A stretch of 29,956 nt of DNA from Abditibacteriaceae bacterium (GCA_031425655.1 JANPJS010000215.1:1-29956); one strand, 5' to 3'; shown: positions 17,240 to 26,061, numbered from the stretch's first letter. Numbers and translations: made by a program. Notes: a model not told the origin generated them from the sequence alone.

Positions 17240-18364
17240 TCAATAACGCAAAACGGCGGCGATATGCTGGTAAGACGCCAACTCTTCGGCGGCGAAAAAG
17301 CTTAGCTCTCCGCCGGTTTTAAGCACTTGCTCGATCACGGCATCCACGGCATCATCAATGTTCCCGAAGCCTTCACCTTCGGCACTCAAATGCAGCCCGC
17401 TATTCTGCGCGCGGACGGCCTGATGATAATTTTCTTCGACCAAAAGCGTGTCCACTCGTCCGGCTTGCGCGGCTTTCCAGACTTCGCGTAGGCCCGTTGC
17501 CTGACGCCCGGCGCCCGCAGCGTCTTCAACGCGCTGCTTGACGCGGCTTTGGCCGGCTTTCAAGCTTTGCTCCACGAGCGGCCAAATTTTAGAAGACATT
17601 TCCTGCAAGCGCACCTTTTCGTAGTTGCCGTTGAGGCGTGCTACGACGTTGAATTTCGGCTTGCCTTTGTGCGTTGTTGCTTCGTCGAAACGAACCAATG
17701 TGCGTTCCACGCCCGATAAGGCCAGCGGTAGCGGTTCTTGCGCCAGTGCGCTTTCCAAAGCGTGCTGCACGCGATTGAAATATTCGCGCTCTTCCCCATC
17801 GTGGAGCTGCGTCACCTCGACACCAAAGGTGCCCGGCAACTCGCTTTGCACGCCTTCGACTTCTAAATACAGCGGAAAACCGAAGTCCTCGATTTCGCGC
17901 AGATGATCGCGCACGCCTTCGTAAAGATGGCTCACCTTTTCCGTCAGCGACAGCACGAAGTAGCGTGCGCTGCGCGAGCGCGCAACCAGCAAATCGCGCG
18001 TGGCGAAAGTGTGATTCACGCAAACGCGCTCGTCTAAGGGAAAGGGCAAATAGTAAAACCGCGCGAATTCGGCGTTGGCGAAAATCGCCAGCCCGTGCGT
18101 GCCGTGGTCGTAATTCACTTCGCCGATCAGGTTGTGCAGTCGTTCCAGCAAAGGCGCGATTTCTCGCGCCGGAAACTCTTTGAGCAAGCGATCTTCGGCC
18201 TGGCGCAGCAGGTTTTTAACGCGAATCGGCGTTTGCTGGCGCTCATCCGGCGCGTTGCCGTAAATCGGCATCAGAATCGAAACCGACGGATAATCGCGCT
18301 GCGCTTGCAACTGCGCGATTTCATCGGCGGTCAGGCTGGAACTGCGAATCAACACATCTTGCAT
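17240..18364 (-). CDS. Bacterial archaeo-eukaryotic release factor homologue (baeRF3-like)
   Basis: 'YPSVSILMP', 'IRVKNLLRQA', 'GLAIFA', 'RYFVLSL', 'AAQAGRVDTLLVE', C-terminal 'IAAVLRY'. SD AAGGGAG precedes the ATG at 18364. No GGQ motif. Confidence 0.8.
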   Translation of the reverse strand: MQDVLIRSSSLTADEIAQLQAQRDYPSVSILMPIYGNAPDERQQTPIRVKNLLRQAEDRLLKEFPAREIAPLLERLHNLIGEVNYDHGTHGLAIFANAEFARFYYLPFPLDERVCVNHTFATRDLLVARSRSARYFVLSLTEKVSHLYEGVRDHLREIEDFGFPLYLEVEGVQSELPGTFGVEVTQLHDGEEREYFNRVQHALESALAQEPLPLALSGVERTLVRFDEATTHKGKPKFNVVARLNGNYEKVRLQEMSSKIWPLVEQSLKAGQSRVKQRVEDAAGAGRQATGLREVWKAAQAGRVDTLLVEENYHQAVRAQNSGLHLSAEGEGFGNIDDAVDAVIEQVLKTGGELSFFAAEELASYQHIAAVLRY

Positions 18365-18485
18365 GATGTGACTCCCTTTGCTTCGTGAGATGTCGCGCCG
18401 CCCGGCGGCGCGGGGTGTGAGGTTGGAACAGCGAAGAATAGCGCATATCACGGGCCGGAACCCGCGAAGTGGAAATACAGTGGTT

Positions 18486-19265
18486 TTAACAGCAGAAAAT
18501 CGTCAGACGCTTGGGGCCGTGCGCGCCTAAAACCAGAATACGTTCAATGTCGCCGGTGCGACTGGGGCCGGTGACAAAACTCATCAAAGAAGGCAAATCA
18601 TCACCGTATTTGGCGCGCAGAAGCTCAAAAGCGGCAGGTAAATCCGGCAAAATCTGCTCGCGCCGCGCCAAAACGACGTGATGTGGCGTCAAAATCGAAA
18701 GCGCCCGCCCTCCGGCACTGCGCGAAGTGAGAAGCACGCTGCCGGTCTGCGCAATAAGCGCATCGCATTGCGTGATGCCGGCATCGCAGGCTTCGAGCGC
18801 GTTGCGGTCGTAGCCGAATGCGGTCTGCAGAACCGGCAGTTCCAGCGATGGCACAACTTCGGTCAATTCGCCGACGTGAGTAGCGATGCGCTGCCAGCCA
18901 CATTCGTCGCGCAAAGCGCAAAGCGCGTCGGGCAAGGCTTCGATATTTTCCAAGAGATGAAATTCAGCGCGCAGGCCTTCGGCGTTGCGCGCGAAAAGTT
19001 CGGCCCATTCGTCCCACGTTTCGCCGGTTTGCGGCAGCCAGCGACGCCATTGCGGGCCGTTTAAAACGGGAAGAGATGTGCCGCCGGTCTTCCCTCCCCC
19101 GGCCCCTCCCGGAGAGAGGGGAGCGGCGCCTCCCCCTCCGGGGGAGGCTGGGTGGGGGCTTGGGTGAGGGCCATGCGAGCCGGGGTGTGGCGCTGGAATT
19201 TGCAGCGCACGGCGAATCGTGGAAAGCATCGCTTCGCGGGCGCCGAGTTGTTGGTTATTCGTCAT
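18486..19265 (-). CDS. lutC: Lactate utilization protein C (LUD domain)
   Basis: 'IAQTGS', 'GRALSIL', 'FVTGPSRTGDIERILVLGAHGP'. Third gene of lutABC; carries a Pro/Gly-rich insert. Confidence 0.88.
   Translation of the reverse strand: MTNNQQLGAREAMLSTIRRALQIPAPHPGSHGPHPSPHPASPGGGGAAPLSPGGAGGGKTGGTSLPVLNGPQWRRWLPQTGETWDEWAELFARNAEGLRAEFHLLENIEALPDALCALRDECGWQRIATHVGELTEVVPSLELPVLQTAFGYDRNALEACDAGITQCDALIAQTGSVLLTSRSAGGRALSILTPHHVVLARREQILPDLPAAFELLRAKYGDDLPSLMSFVTGPSRTGDIERILVLGAHGPKRLTIFCC
19092..19170. repeat. CCCTCCCC/GGGGAGGG-type palindrome inserted in frame in lutC
   Basis: ccctcccccggcccctcccggagagaggggag-cggcg-cctccccctccgggggaggctgggtggggg. Two small hairpins in inverted orientation, encoding PHPSPHPASPGGGGAAPLSPGGAGGG. 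Confidence 0.75.
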
Positions 19266-20724
19266 TTTTGCCTCCGCGCGACTGCCATTCTTCGTGAAAC
19301 GAGCGTCGTGCCATGCGCGGAAAATCGCGCGCCTCTGTCCACGGTTTCAGCGGGTCAACCGGCGTGCGGTTCACCAGACGATGAAACGGCAGTGCCACGC
19401 GGCCCAGGGCCGTCGCCAATTGCAATAAACGCGGTTTGGTCATCATAAAAGCGAACGCTTTCCACGCCAGATTTTCCAACGCCTGCGGCTTTTCGGTTAC
19501 AGCGTTGCGCCGGCTCTGCAAAAGATGATGGTGCAAATCAATTTTCACCGGGCACGCTTCGGTGCAGGCGCCGCACAGCGACGAAGCGCCCGAAAGATGC
19601 TTCCATTCCTGCAATCCGCGCAGATGCGGCGTGATAACGGCGCCAATCGGGCCTTGATAAGTCGTGCCGTAGGCGTGGCCGCCGACGTTTTTGAAAATCG
19701 GACAAACATTCAGGCAGGCGCCGCAGCGAATGCAGTGCAAAGCATCGCGCTGTTCGGGGTCGGCTAATAAAGTGGTGCGCCCGTTGTCGAGCAACACGAC
19801 GTGCATTTCTTCGGGGCCGTCGCTTTCGCCGTCCCCGCGCGGGCCGGAAAGCATGGTGTTGTATCCGGTCAGCGGTTGACCGGCGCCGGTTGTGGCCAAC
19901 ATCGGCAGAAATAGCGCCAAATCTTCGAGAGTCGGCAGCACTTTTTCGATGCCAAGAATGGCGATTTGCACGCGTGGCAAGCTCATAGTCAGACGTGCGT
20001 TGCCTTCGTTTTCGGTAATCGAAATGCTGCCCGTATCGGCGATGGCGAAGTTGGCGCCCGTAATGCCGACATCGGCTTCCAAGTATTTTTGACGCAGGAC
20101 ATTGCGCGCGATCATCGTCAATTCTTCGGGGCTGTCGCTGGGCGCGGTGCCGAGTTTTTCCTCGAAAATGTCGCTGATTTGACCGCGCGTCAGGTGCATG
20201 GCCGGAAAAACGAAGTGATAAGGCGCTTCTTCGCGCAATTGCACGATGTATTCGCCTAAATCGCTCTCCACAACCTCGAAACCGGCTTCAATCAGCGCCG
20301 CGTTGAGATGAATCTCCTCGCTGGTCATCGTTTTCGACTTGATGACTTTGGCGCCGGCCTTTTTGCAGACTTCGAGGATATAATCGCGCGCTTCCTTGTC
20401 ATCGCGCGCCCAGAAAACGTGCGTGCCGCGCCGGGCGATATTTTGCGCGAACTGGTCAAGATAGCGGTCGAGATGATTGACCGCTTGCCATTTGATTTCG
20501 CCCGCCGCCTGCCGCGCGTCCTGCCACGAAGCGTAGCGCGCCTTGAACTCGTCTCGCTTGAGATAGTAGCCGCTCAGCCCTTTCTGAATCAGCGCGCGAT
20601 GCTTCAAATCGTGCGTCATTTCGTGCGCGTCGTGGAAAAATTGCTTTTTCGCGCTGGCGTGTTCTTCGGAACACGTGTCGGCGGTGTGGCTTTGCGTTGA
20701 AGTTGTTTCGGCTGTGGTGGACAT
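19255..20724 (-). CDS. lutB: Lactate utilization protein B (Fe-S)
   Basis: 'KSKTMTSEEI', 'ESDLGEYIVQL', 'ENEGNAR', 'CIRCGACLNVCP', 'SSLCGACTEACPVKI'. Start at MSTTAE (20724). Confidence 0.92.
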   Translation of the reverse strand: MSTTAETTSTQSHTADTCSEEHASAKKQFFHDAHEMTHDLKHRALIQKGLSGYYLKRDEFKARYASWQDARQAAGEIKWQAVNHLDRYLDQFAQNIARRGTHVFWARDDKEARDYILEVCKKAGAKVIKSKTMTSEEIHLNAALIEAGFEVVESDLGEYIVQLREEAPYHFVFPAMHLTRGQISDIFEEKLGTAPSDSPEELTMIARNVLRQKYLEADVGITGANFAIADTGSISITENEGNARLTMSLPRVQIAILGIEKVLPTLEDLALFLPMLATTGAGQPLTGYNTMLSGPRGDGESDGPEEMHVVLLDNGRTTLLADPEQRDALHCIRCGACLNVCPIFKNVGGHAYGTTYQGPIGAVITPHLRGLQEWKHLSGASSLCGACTEACPVKIDLHHHLLQSRRNAVTEKPQALENLAWKAFAFMMTKPRLLQLATALGRVALPFHRLVNRTPVDPLKPWTEARDFPRMARRSFHEEWQSRGGKNDE

Positions 20725-20730
20725 AGTTTT

Positions 20731-21257
20731 AATGGAACACGGGCTTCGCACACGGAAACGGCAAGGAATTTCACGGATTTTGTAATGGATTTAACGCGGT
20801 TTGTGGGCGTTATCGAGAACTTTTCGTTTGCTTTCCGGCTTGGGGCCGAAGTTGACCAGTAGGCCAACTTCGATTTGCGTGGCTTTCAGATAATTGAGCA
20901 GTTGCGCGGAATGTTCCTCGCAGAGCTTTTCAACAGCCTTAATCTCTACGATAACACAGCCTTCGACCAGAATATCGGCGAAATACTCGCCAACAATCAC
21001 GCCCTCGTAATTCACGTTAATCGGCACTTGCTGTTGAACGCGCAGGCCGCGATTTCTTAATTCGACCAGTAATGCGTTTTCATAAACCCTTTCGAGGAAT
21101 CCATAACCGAGCCGGTTATAAACCGCATAAAAAGCCTCAATAACTCGGCCCGTCAGTTCTCCGTGCTTGAAGTGTTCAGTTCCCATGCCATCACAAAAAC
21201 CAAATTAAAATCCGTGAAAATCCTTGCCGTTTCCGTGTGCGAAGCCCGTGTTCCATT
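20731..21257. mobile_element. 527-bp element: GxxExxY gene flanked by 51-bp inverted repeats
   Basis: 20731-20781 aatggaacacgggcttcgcacacggaaacggcaaggaatttcacggatttt matches the reverse complement of 21207-21257 at 50/51. Confidence 0.85.
20791..21186 (-). CDS. GxxExxY family protein (PD-(D/E)XK nuclease-like)
   Basis: 131 aa with 'LGYGFLERVYENAL', 'ADILVEGCVIVEIKA', 'AQLLNYLKAT..GLLVNFG'. Confidence 0.95.
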   Translation of the reverse strand: MGTEHFKHGELTGRVIEAFYAVYNRLGYGFLERVYENALLVELRNRGLRVQQQVPINVNYEGVIVGEYFADILVEGCVIVEIKAVEKLCEEHSAQLLNYLKATQIEVGLLVNFGPKPESKRKVLDNAHKPR

Positions 21258-21262
21258 GAAAG

Positions 21263-21979
21263 TCATTCGCAAGCCAAAACTTCGGCTAAGTGCAGGCATT
21301 TCATCTTCTTTTTCTGGCGCGAAAGCATTCCTTGAAGGTGCATCAGGCAGCTTGAGTCGTTGGAAACCATGTAATCGGCGCCGGTTTGCAGAGCCGAATC
21401 GCATTTGACTTCGCCCATCGCCACGGAAATATCGGCGTATTTCACGGCGAAGGCGCCGCCGAAGCCGCAACACGTTTCCGCTTCGCCCATTTCGACAAGT
21501 TGCAAATCGCGCACGTTATTCAACAACTCGCGTGGCTGATTTTTGACGCCCAATTCGCGCAAACCGTGGCAGCCGTCGTGGAACGTGATGCGATGCGGAA
21601 AACGCGCGCCAACATCGGTGACGCCGAGCTTTGTCACCAGAAAATCGGAAAATTCCCACACGCGCTCGCTGAGATTGTGCGCTGCATCTTCTTGTGGTGT
21701 GCCCGAAAAAAGCTGCGGGTAAAACACTTTGAGCATCGCCGAACACGAGCCGGACGGCATCACGACGGCTTCGGCGTCTTCGAGAATTTGCATAATCGGC
21801 GCGGCGACTTTGCGCGCTTCGTCCCAGTAGCCGGAGTTGAACGGCGGCTGTCCGCAACACGTTAGGCCTTGCGGCACGACAACGCTGTGGCCCAAGCGTT
21901 CCAACACGCGCACCACGCCCCACGCGGCTTTGGGATAAAACGCATTGGTGTAGCACGGAACAAAAAGCGTGATTTTCAT
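21263..21979 (-). CDS. lutA: Lactate utilization protein A (CCG-domain Fe-S protein)
   Basis: 'LFVPC', 'CCGQP.FNSG', 'PSGSC', 'FHDGCHGLR', 'CCGFGGAF', 'SSCLMHL'. Confidence 0.92.
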   Translation of the reverse strand: MKITLFVPCYTNAFYPKAAWGVVRVLERLGHSVVVPQGLTCCGQPPFNSGYWDEARKVAAPIMQILEDAEAVVMPSGSCSAMLKVFYPQLFSGTPQEDAAHNLSERVWEFSDFLVTKLGVTDVGARFPHRITFHDGCHGLRELGVKNQPRELLNNVRDLQLVEMGEAETCCGFGGAFAVKYADISVAMGEVKCDSALQTGADYMVSNDSSCLMHLQGMLSRQKKKMKCLHLAEVLACE

Positions 21980-22185
21980 TGCTCTCAGTTTAACGATGTG
22001 AACAGTTTTTTCAGCAATTTATTCGCACTCGGAAGAATTTCCGGGACGCGAAGAATTACTTTTCAAGTTCGGCGAATTTAACATGGCGTTAACGGAGCGC
22101 GCTTTGTAGAATTGAAAAGGCTTCCAGCGCACAGAGTTCCATGCGGAACCGTTGCCGCGAAGCACGCACGGCCAAAGAGGTTTTT

Positions 22186-23799
22186 ATGTCGTTTTCATTC
22201 GCTAAGGGCTGTGAGGCAAGCGCTGCATCCTCCGCAATGCACACTTCCGAATTCCAAGACTTTTCCCTCTATGCCGAAGACCGTCCGCAAGAAGAATGTG
22301 GCGTCTTCGGCATTTACGCGCCGGGGGTAGACGTAGCCCGGCGCACTTATTTCGGCATCTTCGCGTTGCAGCATCGCGGGCAGGAATCTGCCGGAATCGC
22401 GGTCAGCGACGGCTCGCAGATGCGTTTGCACACCGACATGGGTTTGGTGTCGCAGATTTTCACGCAGGACACCTTAGACGGGATGCCCGGCTTCATTTCC
22501 GTCGGCCACAACCGTTATTCCACGACCGGCTCGTCCATCGCCTGCAACACGCAGCCGCTGCTCATTGATTCCTCGGATGGCGTTTTGGCTCTCGCGCACA
22601 ACGGCAACCTGGTCAATGCCTCCACGCAGCGCGCCGAATTGGAAGCGCAGGGCGTCGAGTTCCAGACCACGATGGACACCGAAGTTATGGGCCGTCTGCT
22701 CGAAACCTTCTCCGACCGTTCGTTGGAAGAAGCGCTTCTCGAAATGATGCGCCACATTCACGGCGCGTATTCCCTCGTCATGATGACGCACGACACGCTC
22801 ATCGCCATGCGCGACCCGAACGGCGTGCGGCCTTTGTGTTTGGGCCAACTGAGCGAATCCGAAGGCGGCGGTTGGGTCGTCGCCAGCGAAACCTGCGCTT
22901 TGAATGTCGCCGGCGCCGAATTCGTGCGCGAAATCGAGCCGGGCGAGATTCTTTTCATCAATAAAGACGGGCTGGAATCGGTTCACTTCAAGGAAAAGCT
23001 AAATATCCGCGAAGACCGTCCCGCGCTGTGCGTTTTTGAATTTATCTACCTCGCGCGCCCCGATTCGATGTTGCTGGGCACCAACGTGCATCACGCGCGG
23101 CGTCGCATGGGCGAAATTTTAGCCCGACAAGCGCCCTGCGAGGCCGATATTGTCATCGGCGTGCCCGATTCGGGCCTACCGGCGGCCATCGGCTACGCGA
23201 CGGGCAGCGGCATTCCTTATCAGGAAGGCTTGATTAAAAACCGCTACATTCAGCGCACTTTCATCCAGCCCGACCAAACGCAGCGCGAATTGGGCGTGCG
23301 CATGAAATTGACGCCGCTCAAAGATGTATTGGAAGGCAAGCGCGTTGTCGTTGTCGAAGATTCCATCGTGCGCGGCACCACGACCAAACGCATCGTGCAA
23401 ATGATCCGCGATGCCGGCGCGACCGAAGTGCATTTGCGGATTTCCAGCCCGCCGTATCAGTGGCCGTGTTTTTATGGCATTGATACGGCTTCGCGCAAAG
23501 ATTTGATTGCTTTTCAGCGCAGCGTCGAAGAGATTCGTCAATATAACGGCGCCGACTCGCTTTCGTATATTTCGATGGAAAACCTCATCGAAGCCGTCGG
23601 ACAGCCCAAAAGCGTGTTCTGCCGCGCGTGTTTTGACGGCGAATATCCGATTTCCATCCCGCACGACGTAAAATACACCAAGCTGCTGCTGGGCGAAGAC
23701 AACGCAGGCCAAAGCAACGGCCTGGTGTCGTCGGGCGACCCCGGCCCGGAAAGCGAAAGCGACTTGCGCGAGTTGGTCGGCGAAACCGCAGGCGCCTAA
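22186..23799 (+). CDS. purF: Amidophosphoribosyltransferase
   Basis: 'EECGVFG', 'LQHRGQESAG', 'GHNRYSTTG', 'AHNGNL', PRPP loop 'VVEDSIVRGTT', Fe-S cysteines 'CFYGID', 'CRACF'. Start uncertain: 22186 has an AAGAGG SD, 22237 is an alternative. Confidence 0.93.
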   Translation: MSFSFAKGCEASAASSAMHTSEFQDFSLYAEDRPQEECGVFGIYAPGVDVARRTYFGIFALQHRGQESAGIAVSDGSQMRLHTDMGLVSQIFTQDTLDGMPGFISVGHNRYSTTGSSIACNTQPLLIDSSDGVLALAHNGNLVNASTQRAELEAQGVEFQTTMDTEVMGRLLETFSDRSLEEALLEMMRHIHGAYSLVMMTHDTLIAMRDPNGVRPLCLGQLSESEGGGWVVASETCALNVAGAEFVREIEPGEILFINKDGLESVHFKEKLNIREDRPALCVFEFIYLARPDSMLLGTNVHHARRRMGEILARQAPCEADIVIGVPDSGLPAAIGYATGSGIPYQEGLIKNRYIQRTFIQPDQTQRELGVRMKLTPLKDVLEGKRVVVVEDSIVRGTTTKRIVQMIRDAGATEVHLRISSPPYQWPCFYGIDTASRKDLIAFQRSVEEIRQYNGADSLSYISMENLIEAVGQPKSVFCRACFDGEYPISIPHDVKYTKLLLGEDNAGQSNGLVSSGDPGPESESDLRELVGETAGA

Positions 23800-23807
23800 T
23801 TTTCGTG

Positions 23808-24521
23808 ATGACGCCCAAATCCACCGTCGCAGAAATCCGCGCCCGCTTCGACGCCGACGTCGAACGCTTTTCCAATCTCGAAACCGGCCAAGCCGCGACT
23901 ATAGACGCGCCACTTTGCCTTGAATTGATTACGCAAACCGCGCGTGCCGTCACGCCGGGTGCCCGCGCAGTTCTCGATGTCGGCTGCGGGGCGGGCAATT
24001 ACACGCTGAAACTCTTGCAGCAGTTGCCCAATCTCGATTGCACCTTAATTGATCTCAGCCTGCCGATGCTCGAACGCGCACAGCAACGCGTCGGGGCCGC
24101 GACGAGCGGGCAAGTGGAAATTATTCAGGGCGACGTGCGCGAAATCGAATTGGGCGAAGCGCGTTTTGACGTGATTTTAGCTGCGTCCGTCCTGCATCAT
24201 TTGCGAAGCGAAAGCGAATGGCTGAGCGTGTTTGCTCAGTTTCATCGCGCGTTGCGGCCCGGCGGCGGGTTGTGGATTTTCGATCTCGTTGAGCATTCGC
24301 TGCCGCCGGTGCAATCGCTGATGTGGGTGCGTTACGGCGATTATCTAAAGGAATTGGGCGGCGAATCATACCGCGAAAAAGTCTACGATTACGTCGCCAA
24401 AGAAGACACGCCGGCCTCGTTAATTGACCAGTTGCATTGGCTGCGCGAAGCTGGTTTTTGTCGCGTCGAAATCCTGCACAAGAACAGTTGCTTCGCAGCT
24501 TTTGGCGCTGTGAAAGATTAA
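23808..24521 (+). CDS. Class I SAM-dependent methyltransferase
   Basis: Motif I 'VLDVGCGAG', 'DLSLPML', 'FDVILAASVLHHL', 'LRPGG'. Confidence 0.88.
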   Translation: MTPKSTVAEIRARFDADVERFSNLETGQAATIDAPLCLELITQTARAVTPGARAVLDVGCGAGNYTLKLLQQLPNLDCTLIDLSLPMLERAQQRVGAATSGQVEIIQGDVREIELGEARFDVILAASVLHHLRSESEWLSVFAQFHRALRPGGGLWIFDLVEHSLPPVQSLMWVRYGDYLKELGGESYREKVYDYVAKEDTPASLIDQLHWLREAGFCRVEILHKNSCFAAFGAVKD

Positions 24522-24523
24522 AA

Positions 24524-24601
24524 GGTGGTTAGGTTGTTGGGTAGTTGGGTGGTTTTACACTCAACTACCCAACAACCCAACCACCTAACTACCCAACCAC
24601 C
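24524..24601. repeat. Octamer-array palindrome (GGTNGTTR / YAACNACC units)
   Basis: ggtggtta ggttgttg ggtagttg ggtggttt ... caactacc caacaacc caaccacc taactacc caaccacc. Starts 2 nt after a stop codon and abuts the purM ATG. Confidence 0.95.
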
Positions 24602-25636
24602 ATGACTGAAACAGTTTCCACTTACGCCGCTGCCGGCGTGAATATCGAAGCGGGCAACGAAGTCGTGCGGCGCATTAAAAGTCACGTCGGGCGCACGCGA
24701 ACGCCGGGCGTTTTGGGTGCCATCGGCGGCTTCGGTGGCCTGTTCGCGCCCGATTTTAGCGGCATGAGCGAGCCGATTTTAGTTTCCGGCACCGATGGCG
24801 TGGGCACCAAACTCAAACTCGCCTTCACGCTGAAAAAGCATGATACCGTCGGCATTGACCTCGTGGCGATGTGCGTCAACGATGTGCTGTGTGCCGGTGC
24901 GCGGCCTCTCTTTTTCTTAGATTACTTTGCAACGGGCAAATTGGAGCCGGAAGTCGCCGAAGCGGTCGTCAAAGGCATCGCAGACGGCTGCGTGCAGGCC
25001 GGTTGCGCTTTAATTGGCGGCGAAACCGCCGAATTGCCCGGTTTTTACGAGACGGGCGAATACGACTTGGCCGGCTTCTGCGTCGGCCTTGTGGACAAGC
25101 CGAAAATCATTGACGGCACGCAAATTCAGCCCGGCGATGTGATTCTTGGGTTGCCCAGCAGCGGCCTGCATTCCAACGGTTATTCGTTAGCGCGCAAAGT
25201 TTTGGAGCCGCTCGGCTACGAAAACGAGCATTCGAGTTTAGGTCGAACCATTGGCACGGCGATGTTGGAGCCAACGCGCATTTATGTAAAACCGGTTCTC
25301 TCGCTGCTGGAAAAAATCGCGGTGCGCGGCATGGTTCATATCACCGGCGGTGGCTTTTACGAAAACATCCCGCGCGTTTTGCCCGCAGGCACGCGCGCCG
25401 CGATTCAAAAAGGCGCGTGGCCGATCCCGCCCATCTTCGCGCTGATTCAAGAGCGCGCTGCCATCGCCGAACGCGAAATGTTCACGACTTTCAACATGGG
25501 CATCGGCTTGGTTATAATCGTCGCGGCTGCCGACGCCGAGGCCGCAAATGCGCATTTGCAGGCGCAGGGCGAGACGGTTTACACATTGGGCGTCATCGAA
25601 GTTGGCGAGGGCGAGGCGCACGTCGTTTTGCGCTGA
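24602..25636 (+). CDS. purM: Phosphoribosylformylglycinamidine cyclo-ligase (AIR synthetase)
   Basis: 'TYAAAGVNI', 'GGFGGLF', 'TDGVGTK', 'GGETAE', 'SSGLHSNGYSL', 'HITGGG', 'TFNMGIG'. True start at MTETVST. Confidence 0.95.
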   Translation: MTETVSTYAAAGVNIEAGNEVVRRIKSHVGRTRTPGVLGAIGGFGGLFAPDFSGMSEPILVSGTDGVGTKLKLAFTLKKHDTVGIDLVAMCVNDVLCAGARPLFFLDYFATGKLEPEVAEAVVKGIADGCVQAGCALIGGETAELPGFYETGEYDLAGFCVGLVDKPKIIDGTQIQPGDVILGLPSSGLHSNGYSLARKVLEPLGYENEHSSLGRTIGTAMLEPTRIYVKPVLSLLEKIAVRGMVHITGGGFYENIPRVLPAGTRAAIQKGAWPIPPIFALIQERAAIAEREMFTTFNMGIGLVIIVAAADAEAANAHLQAQGETVYTLGVIEVGEGEAHVVLR

Positions 25637-25644
25637 AAACGCGC

Positions 25645-25673
25645 TTGCATCGCCAAGCGACGGCGCGTATAAT
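25645..25673 (+). promoter_or_regulatory. Sigma70 promoter for the tRNA cluster
   Basis: TTGCAT-17 nt-TATAAT about 30 nt upstream of tRNA-Pro. Confidence 0.8.
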
Positions 25674-25704
25674 TTGTAGGGCCGTCTGAGCGGAGCGATA
25701 GATT

Positions 25705-25778
25705 CGGGGCGTGGCGCAGCTTGGTAGCGCGTCTGTTTTGGGAACAGAAGGTCGTCAGTTCGAATCTGGCCGCCCCGA
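25705..25778 (+). tRNA. tRNA-Pro(TGG)
   Basis: Cloverleaf CGGGGCG/CGCCCCG, anticodon arm TCTGT-TTTGGGA-ACAGA, T loop TTCGAAT. CCA not encoded. Confidence 0.95.
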
Positions 25779-25785
25779 TTAGCGC

Positions 25786-25887
25786 AGGGATGAAGGCGGA
25801 AGGATGAGGGATGAAATGCGGTGCTTCGCACCGTTAAGATTTGCGCCGCAGGCGCTTTTCATCCCTCATCCTTCCGCCTTCATCCCT
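25786..25887. repeat. Heptamer-array palindrome (ARGGMKG units), perfect 31-bp IR with two internal hairpins
   Basis: agggatgaaggcggaaggatgagggatgaaa (25786-25816) is the exact reverse complement of 25857-25887. The loop holds cggtgc-ttc-gcaccg and gcgcc-gca-ggcgc. Confidence 0.95.
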
Positions 25888-25893
25888 CAAAAT

Positions 25894-25964
25894 GCGGAGG
25901 TAGCTCAATGGTAGAGCCTCAGTCTTCCAAACTGATGACGCGAGTTCGATCCTCGTCCTCCGCT
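25894..25964 (+). tRNA. tRNA-Gly(TCC)
   Basis: GCGGAGG acceptor stem, anticodon arm TCAGT-CTTCCAA-ACTGA. Confidence 0.95.
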
Positions 25965-25976
25965 TTTCCCCTTCGA

Positions 25977-26049
25977 GCGCCCGTAGCTTAACGGATAGAG
26001 CAAGTGGTTTCTACCCACTCGGTTGGGGGTTCGATTCCCTCCGGGCGTA
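25977..26049 (+). tRNA. tRNA-Arg(TCT)
   Basis: GCGCCCG/CGGGCGT acceptor stem, anticodon arm AGTGG-TTTCTAC-CCACT. Confidence 0.93.
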
Positions 26050-26061
26050 TTGCACTGTTCG

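Noticed and set aside
21980..22185. Purine/ZTP riboswitch or PurR box upstream of purF
   Set aside because: No recognisable aptamer consensus by eye.
24545..24601. N-terminal extension of PurM (NYPTTQPPNYPTT)
   Set aside because: It is a translation of the octamer repeat from a TTG. Homology begins at the ATG at 24602.
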